Part shown: positions 53,287-61,949 of the stretch, piece after piece
How the letters are laid out: each line of letters opens with the position of its first letter
Position numbering within the stretch: position 1 is the stretch's first letter
Assembly (NCBI GenBank): GCA_963722515.1
Contig: CAVRMA010000003.1
Span: 186,635 to 250,634 of the forward strand
Direction: 5' to 3'
DNA length: 64,000 nt
DNA from: an uncultured Alphaproteobacteria bacterium
GTDB lineage: Bacteria > Pseudomonadota > Alphaproteobacteria > Rhizobiales > Beijerinckiaceae
Notes under the pieces: model-generated
The model's database searches: none
The model's input: only the letters and a program-made list of their open reading frames with translations
Told to the model about the DNA's origin: nothing
Made by a program: the position numbers and the translations under genes

Positions 53287-53378
53287 AACAAAAAACGGCT
53301 CAAGCCTCTTCCCGTCTGAAGACGGGGGTTTAAATCCAAACAACGGACAATGAATCTCTGTCGGTATATCTTGCGCAT

Positions 53379-53996
53379 TAGATCGGGATGATATCAGGTT
53401 TGTCCATAGCCTGCGTTTGTGAGGTAGTTGGTGCATTCCTGGGTGGTCTAGGTTTCAAGAAGCTGGCCGATGGCGGCGATGAGGGCTTCGAAGGTGCGCG
53501 CCGCCACTTTGCGTAAGAGGTGCTTCAGCTTGGCGAAGACGTGTTCGATCGGGTTGAGATCGGGCGAGTATTTGGGAAGAAAGAACGGCTTGGCGCCGGC
53601 CGGTCGGATCGCCCGGCGAATGGCTTTCCCCTTGTGGCTGCCAAGATTATCCCTCATCACGAGGTCGCCGGCAGCAAGCGTGGGCACAAGCACCTTCTCG
53701 ACATAAGTTTTGAAGCATTCGCTATTGATCGGACCGTCGATCACAAAGGGCGCCTCGATGCGGTCATGCCGAAGGGCGGCCACGAAGGTCATGGTTTTCC
53801 AGTGGCCGTGCGGAACTTTGGCCGCGAGCCTTGCGCCGCGCGGCGCCCATCCCTTGAATGGCGCCATGTTCGTCTTGGTCCATGTCTCATCGATGAAGAC
53901 CAGGCGCTCCGGCGCGATCCGGCTTTGATGCTCCATCCACTGGGCGCGCCGCCGTGCGATGTCAGGGCGATCCCGTTCGCTGGCGATGACGGTTTT
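53379..53996 (-). mobile_element. IS630 orfB half (DDE domain), cut at the frameshift site by IS1111
   Basis: KTVIASERDRPD, VFIDETW, DNLGSHK, YSPDLNPIE; premature TAG at 53448. Confidence 0.9.
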
Positions 53997-54062
53997 ATGG
54001 AATGGCCCGCCCCTCCTTCTGGCGTTATGGGTTCGCCGGAAGTTCAACTGGAGGAGTGGATC

Positions 54063-55088
54063 ATGAAGATTGCAGTGCTTGGCGTCGATTTGGGCAAGAA
54101 TGTTTGCAGCCTGGCCGGCCTTGATGACGCCGGCACGGTTATCGTGCGCCGGCGAGCCAGAAGAGACACGCTGATCTATTTCGTTAGCAAATTACTGGCG
54201 TGCATCGCCGGGATGGAGGCCTGCTGCGGCGCCCATCATTTGGGCCGGATATTCGCGGCTCAAGGACACGGCGTCCGGCTGTCGCCCGAATATGTGCGGC
54301 CCTATGTGAAGGCGCAGAAGAACGATGACCGCGACGCTGAGGGGATCGCCGAAGCCGCGGCGCGCCCAACCATGCGGTTTGTCGAGTTGAAAAGCCAAGA
54401 GCAGCTCGACATGCAGACGCTGCATCGTTCGCGGGATCGTCTGGTTGGCGAGCAGACGGCTCTGATCAACCAGTTGCGGGCCATCCTTTTGGAGCGCGGG
54501 ATCGTCGTACCAAAAGGCAAACGCAGCCTCGAACAACGCCTTGCCGGCTTGCCGGAAGGAGAGGAAAGCCTGAGCCCGCGGATGCGCTTGGCTCTCGAGG
54601 ACATTCGCGCCCAATGGCTCGAGTTGGATAAACGAATCGCCGCCTTCGACGCGGAGTTTGTGGCCTTCGCGAAACAGGACGAAGACGCGCGGCGCCTGGC
54701 GGCAATCCCCGGCACCGGCGCCTTGAACGCAACGGCTCTTACCGCGGCGATCGGGAAAGGGCACGCCTTCGAGCACGGCCGCGATCTGGCGGCATGGCTG
54801 GGCTTGGTTCCGCGCCAATCGGCGACCGGCGGCAAGCCGATGCTCCTCGGCATCAGCAAACGGGGCAACAAATATCTGCGCAAGTTGCTGATCCACGGAG
54901 CACGGGCAGCATTGCCTCATATCGCGGAGCGCGACACCGCTCTCGGCCGATGGGCGAAGGGATTGCCCGCTCGCGTCCACCAGAATGCCGCCGTCGTCGC
55001 GCTGGCCAACAAGCTCGCCCGGATCGTCTGGGCGGTTCTGCGATACGGCGGGAAATTTGCCGCCAAGGAGGCGCCCATGGCGGCATAG
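54063..55088 (+). CDS. IS1111-type DEDD recombinase/transposase
   Basis: GGAG RBS; GVDLGK, MEAC, KNDDRDAE, WLGLVPRQSATGGK, GNKYLR, ALANKLAR. Confidence 0.93.
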   Translation: MKIAVLGVDLGKNVCSLAGLDDAGTVIVRRRARRDTLIYFVSKLLACIAGMEACCGAHHLGRIFAAQGHGVRLSPEYVRPYVKAQKNDDRDAEGIAEAAARPTMRFVELKSQEQLDMQTLHRSRDRLVGEQTALINQLRAILLERGIVVPKGKRSLEQRLAGLPEGEESLSPRMRLALEDIRAQWLELDKRIAAFDAEFVAFAKQDEDARRLAAIPGTGALNATALTAAIGKGHAFEHGRDLAAWLGLVPRQSATGGKPMLLGISKRGNKYLRKLLIHGARAALPHIAERDTALGRWAKGLPARVHQNAAVVALANKLARIVWAVLRYGGKFAAKEAPMAA

Positions 55089-55139
55089 CCATCGGCCCGG
55101 CGGCGCGCTCGATGCGTTGACGGACCAACGATGTTTGCG

Positions 55140-55290
55140 GGTGGTGGAAGCGAGATGGCCTGACAGTCGAACGGCGTTCTGGAAACCTGATTTAAAAAAT
55201 GGCGCTCGACGCCGAGAGTTTTATGAGGACCGGGACGCGCGGATCTCCATCTTGGCCGGGGACAAGAGCCCGAGGCCGGATACGTTGAAG
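55140..55290 (+). ncRNA. Putative seek/bridge RNA of the IS1111 element
   Basis: AACCTG-ATTTAAAAAAT-[GGCG CTCGA CGCC]-GAGAGTTTT-ATGAGG loop; both variable segments match the insertion flanks; boundaries approximate. Confidence 0.7.
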
Positions 55291-55653
55291 CGGACTAGAA
55301 AAGGCGTACGCGGCAAAATCGCTTGCAAACGGGGCGGGCCATACGTTTTTAAAACCTTGCTGTGCCTCAAGGCCGCTTTGCGGGTGCAGGGGACGCACCG
55401 GCAAGCTGCTGAAATTCAGCTTCTTCAGCAGCTTGCCGGCGCTGCGCTCATGCAGGTGAACATCGAATTTGGCGGCGATGCGGTCCCGCAAGCCTGGCAC
55501 AGCGCCAGCGCACCACGCCATCGGTCTTGAGGTCAGGGCCGTCTTCTACCCACTTCGCCACTTCGCTCCGCTGGGCTTCGGCGAGACGCGGCCGGCGCCC
55601 AGGCCGGGGCCGGTCGGCTAGCCCCGCCAAGCCATCCGCGTTATAGCGAATAC

Positions 55654-55707
55654 CCTCCGCCAGCCATTCCAACTGGCTGCGCCAGCTGGAACCTTTGGCT
55701 GGCTTCG
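55654..55707 (-). repeat. 54-nt in-frame hairpin insertion (family B) in IS630 orfA
   Basis: LRDW[AKPAKGSSWRSQLEWLAE]GIRYN; CGAA-GCCAGCCA..TTCCAGCTGGC-GCA-GCCAGTTGGAA-TGGCTGGC-GGAGG. Confidence 0.8.
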
Positions 55708-55794
55708 CCCAGTCGCGCAGCGTCTGCCGGTCCATGCCACCGGCCTGCGCGGCCAACCGCCGCGAATGACCATCAAGCACCATGGCAATGGCCG

Positions 55795-55813
55795 TCCTTC
55801 GACGGGCTCAGGA
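55795..55813 (+). repeat. Family A micro-insertion in IS630 orfA
   Basis: TCCTTCGACGGGCTCAGGA; removing 16 nt restores RRLLAIAMVLDG. Confidence 0.85.
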
Positions 55814-56002
55814 GCCGCCGCGCCTGCTTGGCGCCGGCCGTCCGCGCCGCCGCCGCCCGCAACTGCAAAACGCTCAGATCTTTGCGGGTAATCTCGATTG
55901 CCGGCATGCTGCCCGCTCCGCGAATCAACGCCATGCTGCATCGAGTCACACTTGCGGCTGTTTGGGAATTCCCTAAGGAATCAGGTTCCCGGGCGGTTGG
56001 TG

Positions 56003-56091
56003 TCATTTGATCGATAAGGACGCATCGCAAACCCAAAGAGCCGGAGCGCGCCGGAATCGAAAAAGCCGGGCAACTTTTCCGGAACACCCTC
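56003..56091. repeat. Degenerate, left-truncated copy of the 7871-8014 repeat
   Basis: TCATTTGATCGATAAGGA...ATCGAAAAAGCCGGGCAACTTTTCCG. Confidence 0.7.
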
Positions 56092-56149
56092 CAAGCAGAC
56101 GTGCGCCGATTGGCCACCCGGGAGTTTTGATGATTCAGTCTCTGGACGT

Positions 56150-56941
56150 GATTCGGAGGCCCTCACATAGCTCCCGGCTGTTCTCCGGTGAAAGCACGGG
56201 CGCGCTTGCCGTCACGCGCGAACTGTTCGCCGCGCCTGGCGGAGGAAATCGAGCGGGCCACCGGGTAATCGCATCTCGCCTTCCCGGCTGCCGGCGGTGT
56301 TGCGTAAAAAAGGGGTTTTGCCTGCAAGCGACCCCGCCGCACCCTGAAAGGTCGACAGGACGCGGCCGTGGAGCAGTCCGGCCTGCGTCTTCAGCTGATG
56401 ACGCAACAAGCGCTGGCGGGCGACTGCTGCTGTTCGCCAATGAACCGGAGGCGTTGACCCGTCCCTAATCTGGCCCGCGCATGGGCAAAACGGGGAGCCG
56501 AATTGCGCGTTCCGGCTCCCGGCCAGTTGCAAAAGATCGCCATGATGAGCGCGCTCGATTTCGTCTCCCGAAAGCTCACTGTCGTGACCTGGCAACAAAA
56601 GCGCGGCGCCGTCCTGAGCTCTTGGCGAAGGGCATCGCCCTGCTCGAACGGCTCGATCACATCCATGGCCCCAAGCCGGGAACGGCGCGCAAACCGGGTG
56701 CCATCGTTGTGGACAATCCGCCCGTCCATGCCAGCAAAGCACCGCGCGCCACGCTGGCCTGGCGCAAGCTTTGGCTCACGCCCGAACGGATCGCGAACTC
56801 GGCGCCCGAACGCAACGATGTCGCGCGCGATTGGAAAACCTTCAAGTCCAATCATCTGGCTCATAATACATTCGCGAACGGAGGCAATCTCAAAATCTTC
56901 ATCGTTGGCCAATCAGCGCATCTCTGCCTAGCGGTTGCGTA
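56150..56941 (+). mobile_element. Heavily decayed IS630-family transposase
   Basis: RPRRTLKGRQD, AWAKRG..LRVPAPG, IVVDNPPVHAS, APERNDV across frames. Confidence 0.7.
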
Positions 56942-57168
56942 ACGCCAGCACCCTTCGCAGCGCTGGCAAGATGTTTATTGTGCTGTTTGATCTCATCTCT
57001 CAAGAGAATGCGCGTCCGGTCCTCCAAGAGAGGCGTATATTGAGCAATATCGTCATCTAGGATCTCTTGCCGGCGCGTTTGAATCGAAAAATACGTTTGT
57101 GCAAAGGCGACGGGCTTTTTTCAAGCATCTCCGTTTCGCGCGATAAAATAGCACAGCCCAACTCGCAC

Positions 57169-57708
57169 TTATTTCGGCGCGAGCACCATGATCATCTGGC
57201 GGCCTTCCATGGAGGGTTCGGCTTCGACCTTGGCGATGGTCCCGGTCTCGGATTTCACCCGCTCGAGCAGCCGGAATCCCAGATCCTGATGCGCCATCTC
57301 GCGGCCGCGGAAGCGCAAAGTGACTTTCACCTTGTCGCCCTCCTCGAAAAACCGGCGGACGGCTTTCATCTTGACGCCGTAATCATGGTCGTCGATTCCC
57401 GGCCGCAGCTTGATCTCTTTGATCTCGACAATCTTCTGCTTTTTCCGGGCTTCCGCGGATTTTTTCTGCTCCAGGAAGCGGAATTTGCCATAATCGAGGA
57501 TCTTGCAGACCGGGGGATTGGCCGCCGGAACGATTTCGACAAGATCAAGCCCCGCTTCATCTGCAGATTGCTGGGCTTGAAGTATCTCCACGACACCACG
57601 GTTTTGGCCTTCGGCATCGATTAACTGAACTTCGCGAGCGTGGATTTCACGGTTGATACGCGGCCCGTCCTTCTGCGGAACGGGGGGGGCCTTCATTGGA
57701 CGGCGAAT
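57169..57708 (-). CDS. infC: Translation initiation factor IF-3 (ATT start)
   Basis: AAGGAG then ATT CGC CGT CCA ATG; [30 protein letters not shown]. Confidence 0.96.
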   Translation of the reverse strand: MRRPMKAPPVPQKDGPRINREIHAREVQLIDAEGQNRGVVEILQAQQSADEAGLDLVEIVPAANPPVCKILDYGKFRFLEQKKSAEARKKQKIVEIKEIKLRPGIDDHDYGVKMKAVRRFFEEGDKVKVTLRFRGREMAHQDLGFRLLERVKSETGTIAKVEAEPSMEGRQMIMVLAPK

Positions 57709-57912
57709 GGCTCATTCTCCTTCTATGGACAAATCGAACCCGGCGGCGCGCGCGAATCATTGCTGAACTCAGGACGATTGCCGGACCCGGCTAAAACATC
57801 GGTTGATTGCCGCGCGAAGTCAATGAAGAGATCGCTTGGCGGCTCGCGAAATGCGAACTTGCGCTGGCCCTCGCCATCGAGCCGCCGTCCGGCACGCCGG
57901 TGGGTGTCGCGA

Positions 57913-59130
57913 TCATTGTGCGCCGCCGCGCCGCAAATCCACGTAGGCTTCGAGGGTTGCAGCGCACATGTGTTCGGCCGAAAAGCACGTTTCGACATGA
58001 TTCTTGGCGCGCGACGAAAGCTTGCCGCCGGCTGTGGCCCCGAGACTTAAAGCCGTGGCGATTGCGACCGCCAGCGCCGCCGCGTTGCCTGGCGGGACGA
58101 GAAAGCCCGTGCGCGAGGACTCCTCGACCGTGGGCGGCGCGAGAACCGTTTCTGGCGCGCCAGCCAGATTGGCGGCGATGACCGGCGTTCCCATGGCCTG
58201 GGCCTGGATGGCGGCGTCGCCGAAAGCTCGCGCCTCGGTTGCCGGCGCGACAACGATCGAGGCGGCGAGAAGTGCCGCAGGCATATCGCAATGGCCGGTG
58301 CGGTACATGATTCCTTGCAGTCCTTCTGTCGCAATGGCGCGGTCGATGCCGCGGTCTAGCGCGCTGTTTTCGTCGCTGTCGAAGGCAAGGATGAATTTCA
58401 CCCCGGCGAGGCCGCTTCGCGATAAAAGTCCCGCCGCCTCGATCAGAATGTTGTGGCCGCTGCCGGAGCTTGTCCGTGCCGCCAGAAGCACAATTCGCTC
58501 ATGCGGCGCGACCTTCCATTGCCGCCGCACCGCCCGAACTCGGGCGGGCACGACCGCGTCGGGCGTGAAAACTTGGCAATCGACCCCATGACGAACGACG
58601 TGGATTTTTCCGGCCGCCCGCGAATAGAGCTTGGCAGCGAGGCTCGCGGCAAAATTTGAACCGGCGAGCACCGCGTCGCCGCGCGCTAACACCGAATTAT
58701 AGCGCAGTGCAATGGGGTTAGAGCCTTGGTAGACAGAGGGAAAAGTGGTGACGAAGGGCGTCTTTGTCAGGCGGGTCGCGCCATAGGCAACCCAAGCCAG
58801 CGCGCGCGAGCGCACATGCACGATACCGGCGTTTTCCGCCGCGATAAGACGCGCGAGGCGGCGCACGTTCAAAGCCATGGCAAAGGGGTTTTTGGTGCGC
58901 GAGGGAAATGGCACAAAGACGCCGCCCTTGGCTTGCAGCTCGCCCTCCATCGCGCCGCCTGCACAAGCAACGAGCGCACGCGCGCCAGCTGCGGCGAGTG
59001 ACGCGGCGATCTCTATCGCCTCGCGTGCGGGGGGGGTGATGTCAAGGTTGGGAATGATTTGAAGCACGGTGACGCCGGCCAGGGGATGGACGGCCCGGTC
59101 CTTGAACGGTAAGCTAAAAACTTGCGGCAT
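57913..59130 (-). CDS. Glycosyltransferase family 4
   Basis: TVLQIIP, HVRSRALAW, AFGDAAIQAQAMGTPVIA, TGFLVPPG; several motif residues degenerate. Confidence 0.88.
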   Translation of the reverse strand: MPQVFSLPFKDRAVHPLAGVTVLQIIPNLDITPPAREAIEIAASLAAAGARALVACAGGAMEGELQAKGGVFVPFPSRTKNPFAMALNVRRLARLIAAENAGIVHVRSRALAWVAYGATRLTKTPFVTTFPSVYQGSNPIALRYNSVLARGDAVLAGSNFAASLAAKLYSRAAGKIHVVRHGVDCQVFTPDAVVPARVRAVRRQWKVAPHERIVLLAARTSSGSGHNILIEAAGLLSRSGLAGVKFILAFDSDENSALDRGIDRAIATEGLQGIMYRTGHCDMPAALLAASIVVAPATEARAFGDAAIQAQAMGTPVIAANLAGAPETVLAPPTVEESSRTGFLVPPGNAAALAVAIATALSLGATAGGKLSSRAKNHVETCFSAEHMCAATLEAYVDLRRGGAQ

Positions 59131-59210
59131 CGGACGAGAAGGCGTTCAACAAGTCAGGATGCCAAGACTAAACCCCTAACTCCTTAACAATCATGAAGCG
59201 AGCATAGCGG

Positions 59211-59640
59211 TGAACCGGAGCAAACCGCAAACGGGAGTTGTGGCGGGCGGAATTGGTCCGCAATACCTCACGGTGGAGAGCGGATCTTGCGCCCACCGCA
59301 TCGCCTGTTTGCGCCGTGCCGGGAAGTCTGGGCAGCCGCGGTGAGGAATCGTCTGGCCCGGCGGATTTAACTCCGACATGCACGGACGAAGGCGGAACGT
59401 CTCGACCGATTCGCGGCACGCGCGGGCCGCGCTTATCTTCGCTTCGATTATTCGTGGCATGGCCAATCCGAAGGACGTTTCGACGCGGGAGCGATCGGAC
59501 TGTGGCTCGGAGAAAGCCCCGCCGCCATTCGCGATTTGAGTGCGGGCCCGCAAATCCTCGTTGGCTCGCCGATGGGCGGCCGGCTTGCGCTGCTTGCAGC
59601 GAGGGCTTTGCTCGAAAACGGCGAAGCGGTTTTGATCGCG
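59211..59640 (+). pseudogene. Alpha/beta hydrolase, decayed and truncated
   Basis: GGFNSDM, YLRFDYSWHGQSEG, ILVGSPMGG fragments across frames. Confidence 0.75.
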
Positions 59641-59659
59641 TTTCCGAAACGATTAATTG

Positions 59660-59990
59660 CCAGCGTCAAGCGCGAAATCTTTTCGATCGCCGCAACCCAG
59701 ACAACGGCATGACAGCACCGGCGCCGCGCTGCTGTTCGGCGAAATCGAGATCGCCGCGCTGACCGGCGCCAAGGGTTTTGCCAGCGATTGGCTCCGCAAG
59801 GAGCCCGCCGACCGCGGCGCGACCGCCCGTGATCCAGCCCATAGCCGGCCGCGAGACCACCATCCCCAGCGGTCTCGCGATGGATCGCTGGCGGCACCTC
59901 ACCGAAAGCTTCTTTTACGACTCTCGGCAGGCTTTTCCGGTATTATGGCGCAAACGCCACAAGCGTTGCGCGCCAGCAATTAATGTCTCA
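59660..59990 (+). mobile_element. IS5-family (IS427-like) orfB remnant
   Basis: QRHDS, GAKGFASDWLRKE, RWRHLTESFF. Confidence 0.6.
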
Positions 59991-60001
59991 CAATCGGCCA
60001 A

Positions 60002-60805
60002 ATGGCAAAGCGTCAGAAAGGGAACCTACCTAAAGCGCCCACAAGCTCTGTGCATCCGCTGCTGGCCCCTCGCGTGGTTAGCGCGGTTGGCTTGTTTTCA
60101 ATTTCGGCAGTCGGTATCGGAATGATGCTCGCTGCCTTTATTGTGACCGGGTCGTTGATTTCGTTGGCTGCCGCGTGCGGCACGATATGGCTATATGGTC
60201 CTAACCACCTTATTGACGCCTTTCAAAAACCCGGCGCCGAGCGTCCGGAATTATGGATTGCACTGATACTTATCGCGGCAGATTTAGGACTTCCCCTCTA
60301 TATTTGGGGGAGCATCGAACCATCGCATGCAAAAATGATCGTTTCGCACATAGAGATCCCGCGTGACGAAGATTTTCTTACTGTTCATGTATTTAGACAA
60401 AACACCGGTAACGCTGACGCAATTGGATCAGGTCTCGGATCGGATATTCGTTGGGTTAAGCCTAATATTTCCGATGCAGAATTAGATGCGCTATTGGATG
60501 AAGTATATAATTCTGGAAGGGAATATTTGGTTTCCCAACTGAAAAAAAGACAAATTCAAGAAATACACCCACAAGAAACAACATATTCCACAGCAATTAG
60601 ACAAGACGTTCCAAAATCAGAATATATCAAATTTCTAAGTGGAGAATTTAAGTTATATTTTTTAGGGTCGATTTGGTACACTGATGAGAATACGCCAAAT
60701 ACAAAGTTTTGGAGATCTGAGTTTTGTTTTTATTTATACAGAGGCTTTGCGACATTTAACTGTCAGAAACATCATTCAATAAGTATGATAGATATTTCGC
60801 ATTGA
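60002..60805 (+). CDS. Low-GC hypothetical membrane protein
   Basis: 267-aa ORF, three hydrophobic segments then a soluble beta-rich domain; AT-rich 3' half. Confidence 0.65.
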   Translation: MAKRQKGNLPKAPTSSVHPLLAPRVVSAVGLFSISAVGIGMMLAAFIVTGSLISLAAACGTIWLYGPNHLIDAFQKPGAERPELWIALILIAADLGLPLYIWGSIEPSHAKMIVSHIEIPRDEDFLTVHVFRQNTGNADAIGSGLGSDIRWVKPNISDAELDALLDEVYNSGREYLVSQLKKRQIQEIHPQETTYSTAIRQDVPKSEYIKFLSGEFKLYFLGSIWYTDENTPNTKFWRSEFCFYLYRGFATFNCQKHHSISMIDISH

Positions 60806-60806
60806 A

Positions 60807-61005
60807 CTAGATATCCTCCATTCTTACGTCATCTAGGCCCAGAGCCGCTAGACACGCGAGCAGAAACGTTGCCGCGAATGTTCCGCGCTTCAACTTCATG
60901 GTTATCGACGCCTCGGTTTCTGCGAAGCCACGCTTTTTAAGCCGCTTCCAAAGCTCGATATACGTGACCCCGAATTCCTTCATCTTGGCCTTCAAAAAGG
61001 CGCTT
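60807..61005 (-). pseudogene. DUF6471-like HTH protein lacking its native N-terminus
   Basis: FLKAKMKEFGVTYIEL...ETEASITMKLKRGTFAATF. Confidence 0.6.
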
Positions 61006-61506
61006 GCACGAATTGGGCAGAGGAATTTTTCAGCCGGATGTGCCGCGCCGAACAAGGCCATCATCACCATATTGCTGGGCCGTATTTGCTTCGCTATGCG
61101 CAAGAGGCTTCATGGCGCGAGGACCATCGCAGAATCAGCAACGGCGACCAGGCTCACGCGGTTTCAGGCTTGGCGATGAAACGCGGGCCGTCTGTGGATT
61201 TCTGTGGGTATTGGCAGCGAGCGAGATGACTATTGCGAGTTTCTTTATCATATTTCCCACGGATGAAATGAAAGGGCGTTAATATGGCTAGGTCTTCGGG
61301 TAACAAGGGCGGCAAGGAGACGATCTCGCCGCCTAAGCTGAAATTACTGTCAAGGGAGGCGAAGAAACTCCCGAAGAAGACCCGGCGGCTGGTCGGATAT
61401 TAGCCGAGGAACGTGTGGCAGTTAAAGAAGGGGTCAGAAAGCCAAAAAAGCCCAAAAAGTGATTATAGAACTAGCGAAGACGCCCCTGCGAAATAATTGA
61501 ACAATT

Positions 61507-61823
61507 TTAAATCATGATACCGCCAAGAGAGTGGCGGTCATCCTCGTGATTGATGTCGGCGATCGTACGTAAGAGAATTTTACCGCGCTTATTCTCCTTA
61601 ATTAAAAAACCAACCGATACGCATTTATGCGGGTCAGGCTCTTTGATTTCGGCAACATCGGTCCATCCATCGCCAATTCGGCTCGAGAATCTACCCATTT
61701 GATCATAACCAAAGGATACTTGGCTAAAGGCTCAAATTTTCTCACTGATGACAATCGCTCCTGTTTCGTGTAACCCGTAGGCTCACGATGAGCGGTCATC
61801 ATTGTACGTGCAGCCGTGATCAA
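61507..61823 (-). pseudogene. Phage/mobile-type small protein, frameshifted
   Basis: YPLVMIKWVDS continues in another frame as DGWTD...CVSVGFLI. Confidence 0.45.
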
Positions 61824-61949
61824 TCTCGCCGCAACCGTTATCGCTGCAAAATGATTGTCAACACGCCCTAACCCGGAGCAAATATCAACCAGAAGGCGAC
61901 GCGAACGAGCTGCCGGCTTTTTTAATGCGGGCCGGGTTCTAGAACATGA

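Larger units (their letters stand above)
53997..55345 (+). mobile_element. IS110 family, IS1111 subgroup element (ends within about 2 nt)
   Basis: Subterminal 12-bp IRs ATGGCCCGCCCC (54002-54013) / GGGGCGGGCCAT (55331-55342); long 3' non-coding region; TTGCAA -35 near right end. Confidence 0.92.
55346..56003 (-). mobile_element. IS630 left end and orfA (different subgroup from 53379-53996), decayed
   Basis: ATG 55907 MPAIEITR, GGMDRQTLRDW, DGVVRWRC, RPLHPQS...GFK; left IR ACCAACCGCCC matches the right ends near 36960 and 38870. Confidence 0.88.

Noticed and set aside
53520-54062. Apparent 181-aa N-terminal extension of the IS110 transposase
   Set aside because: It is the antisense of IS630 orfB and crosses the IS boundary; the RBS-supported start is 54063
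55653-55662. CCCTCCGCCA resembling a tRNA-Ser 3' end (att site)
   Set aside because: Only 10 nt, no T-arm upstream, and the related IS5 inserts lack CCA
34351-55813. Family A motif as CRISPR repeats
   Set aside because: Copies are kilobases apart inside transposases with no regular spacers; no cas genes or array seen in the window
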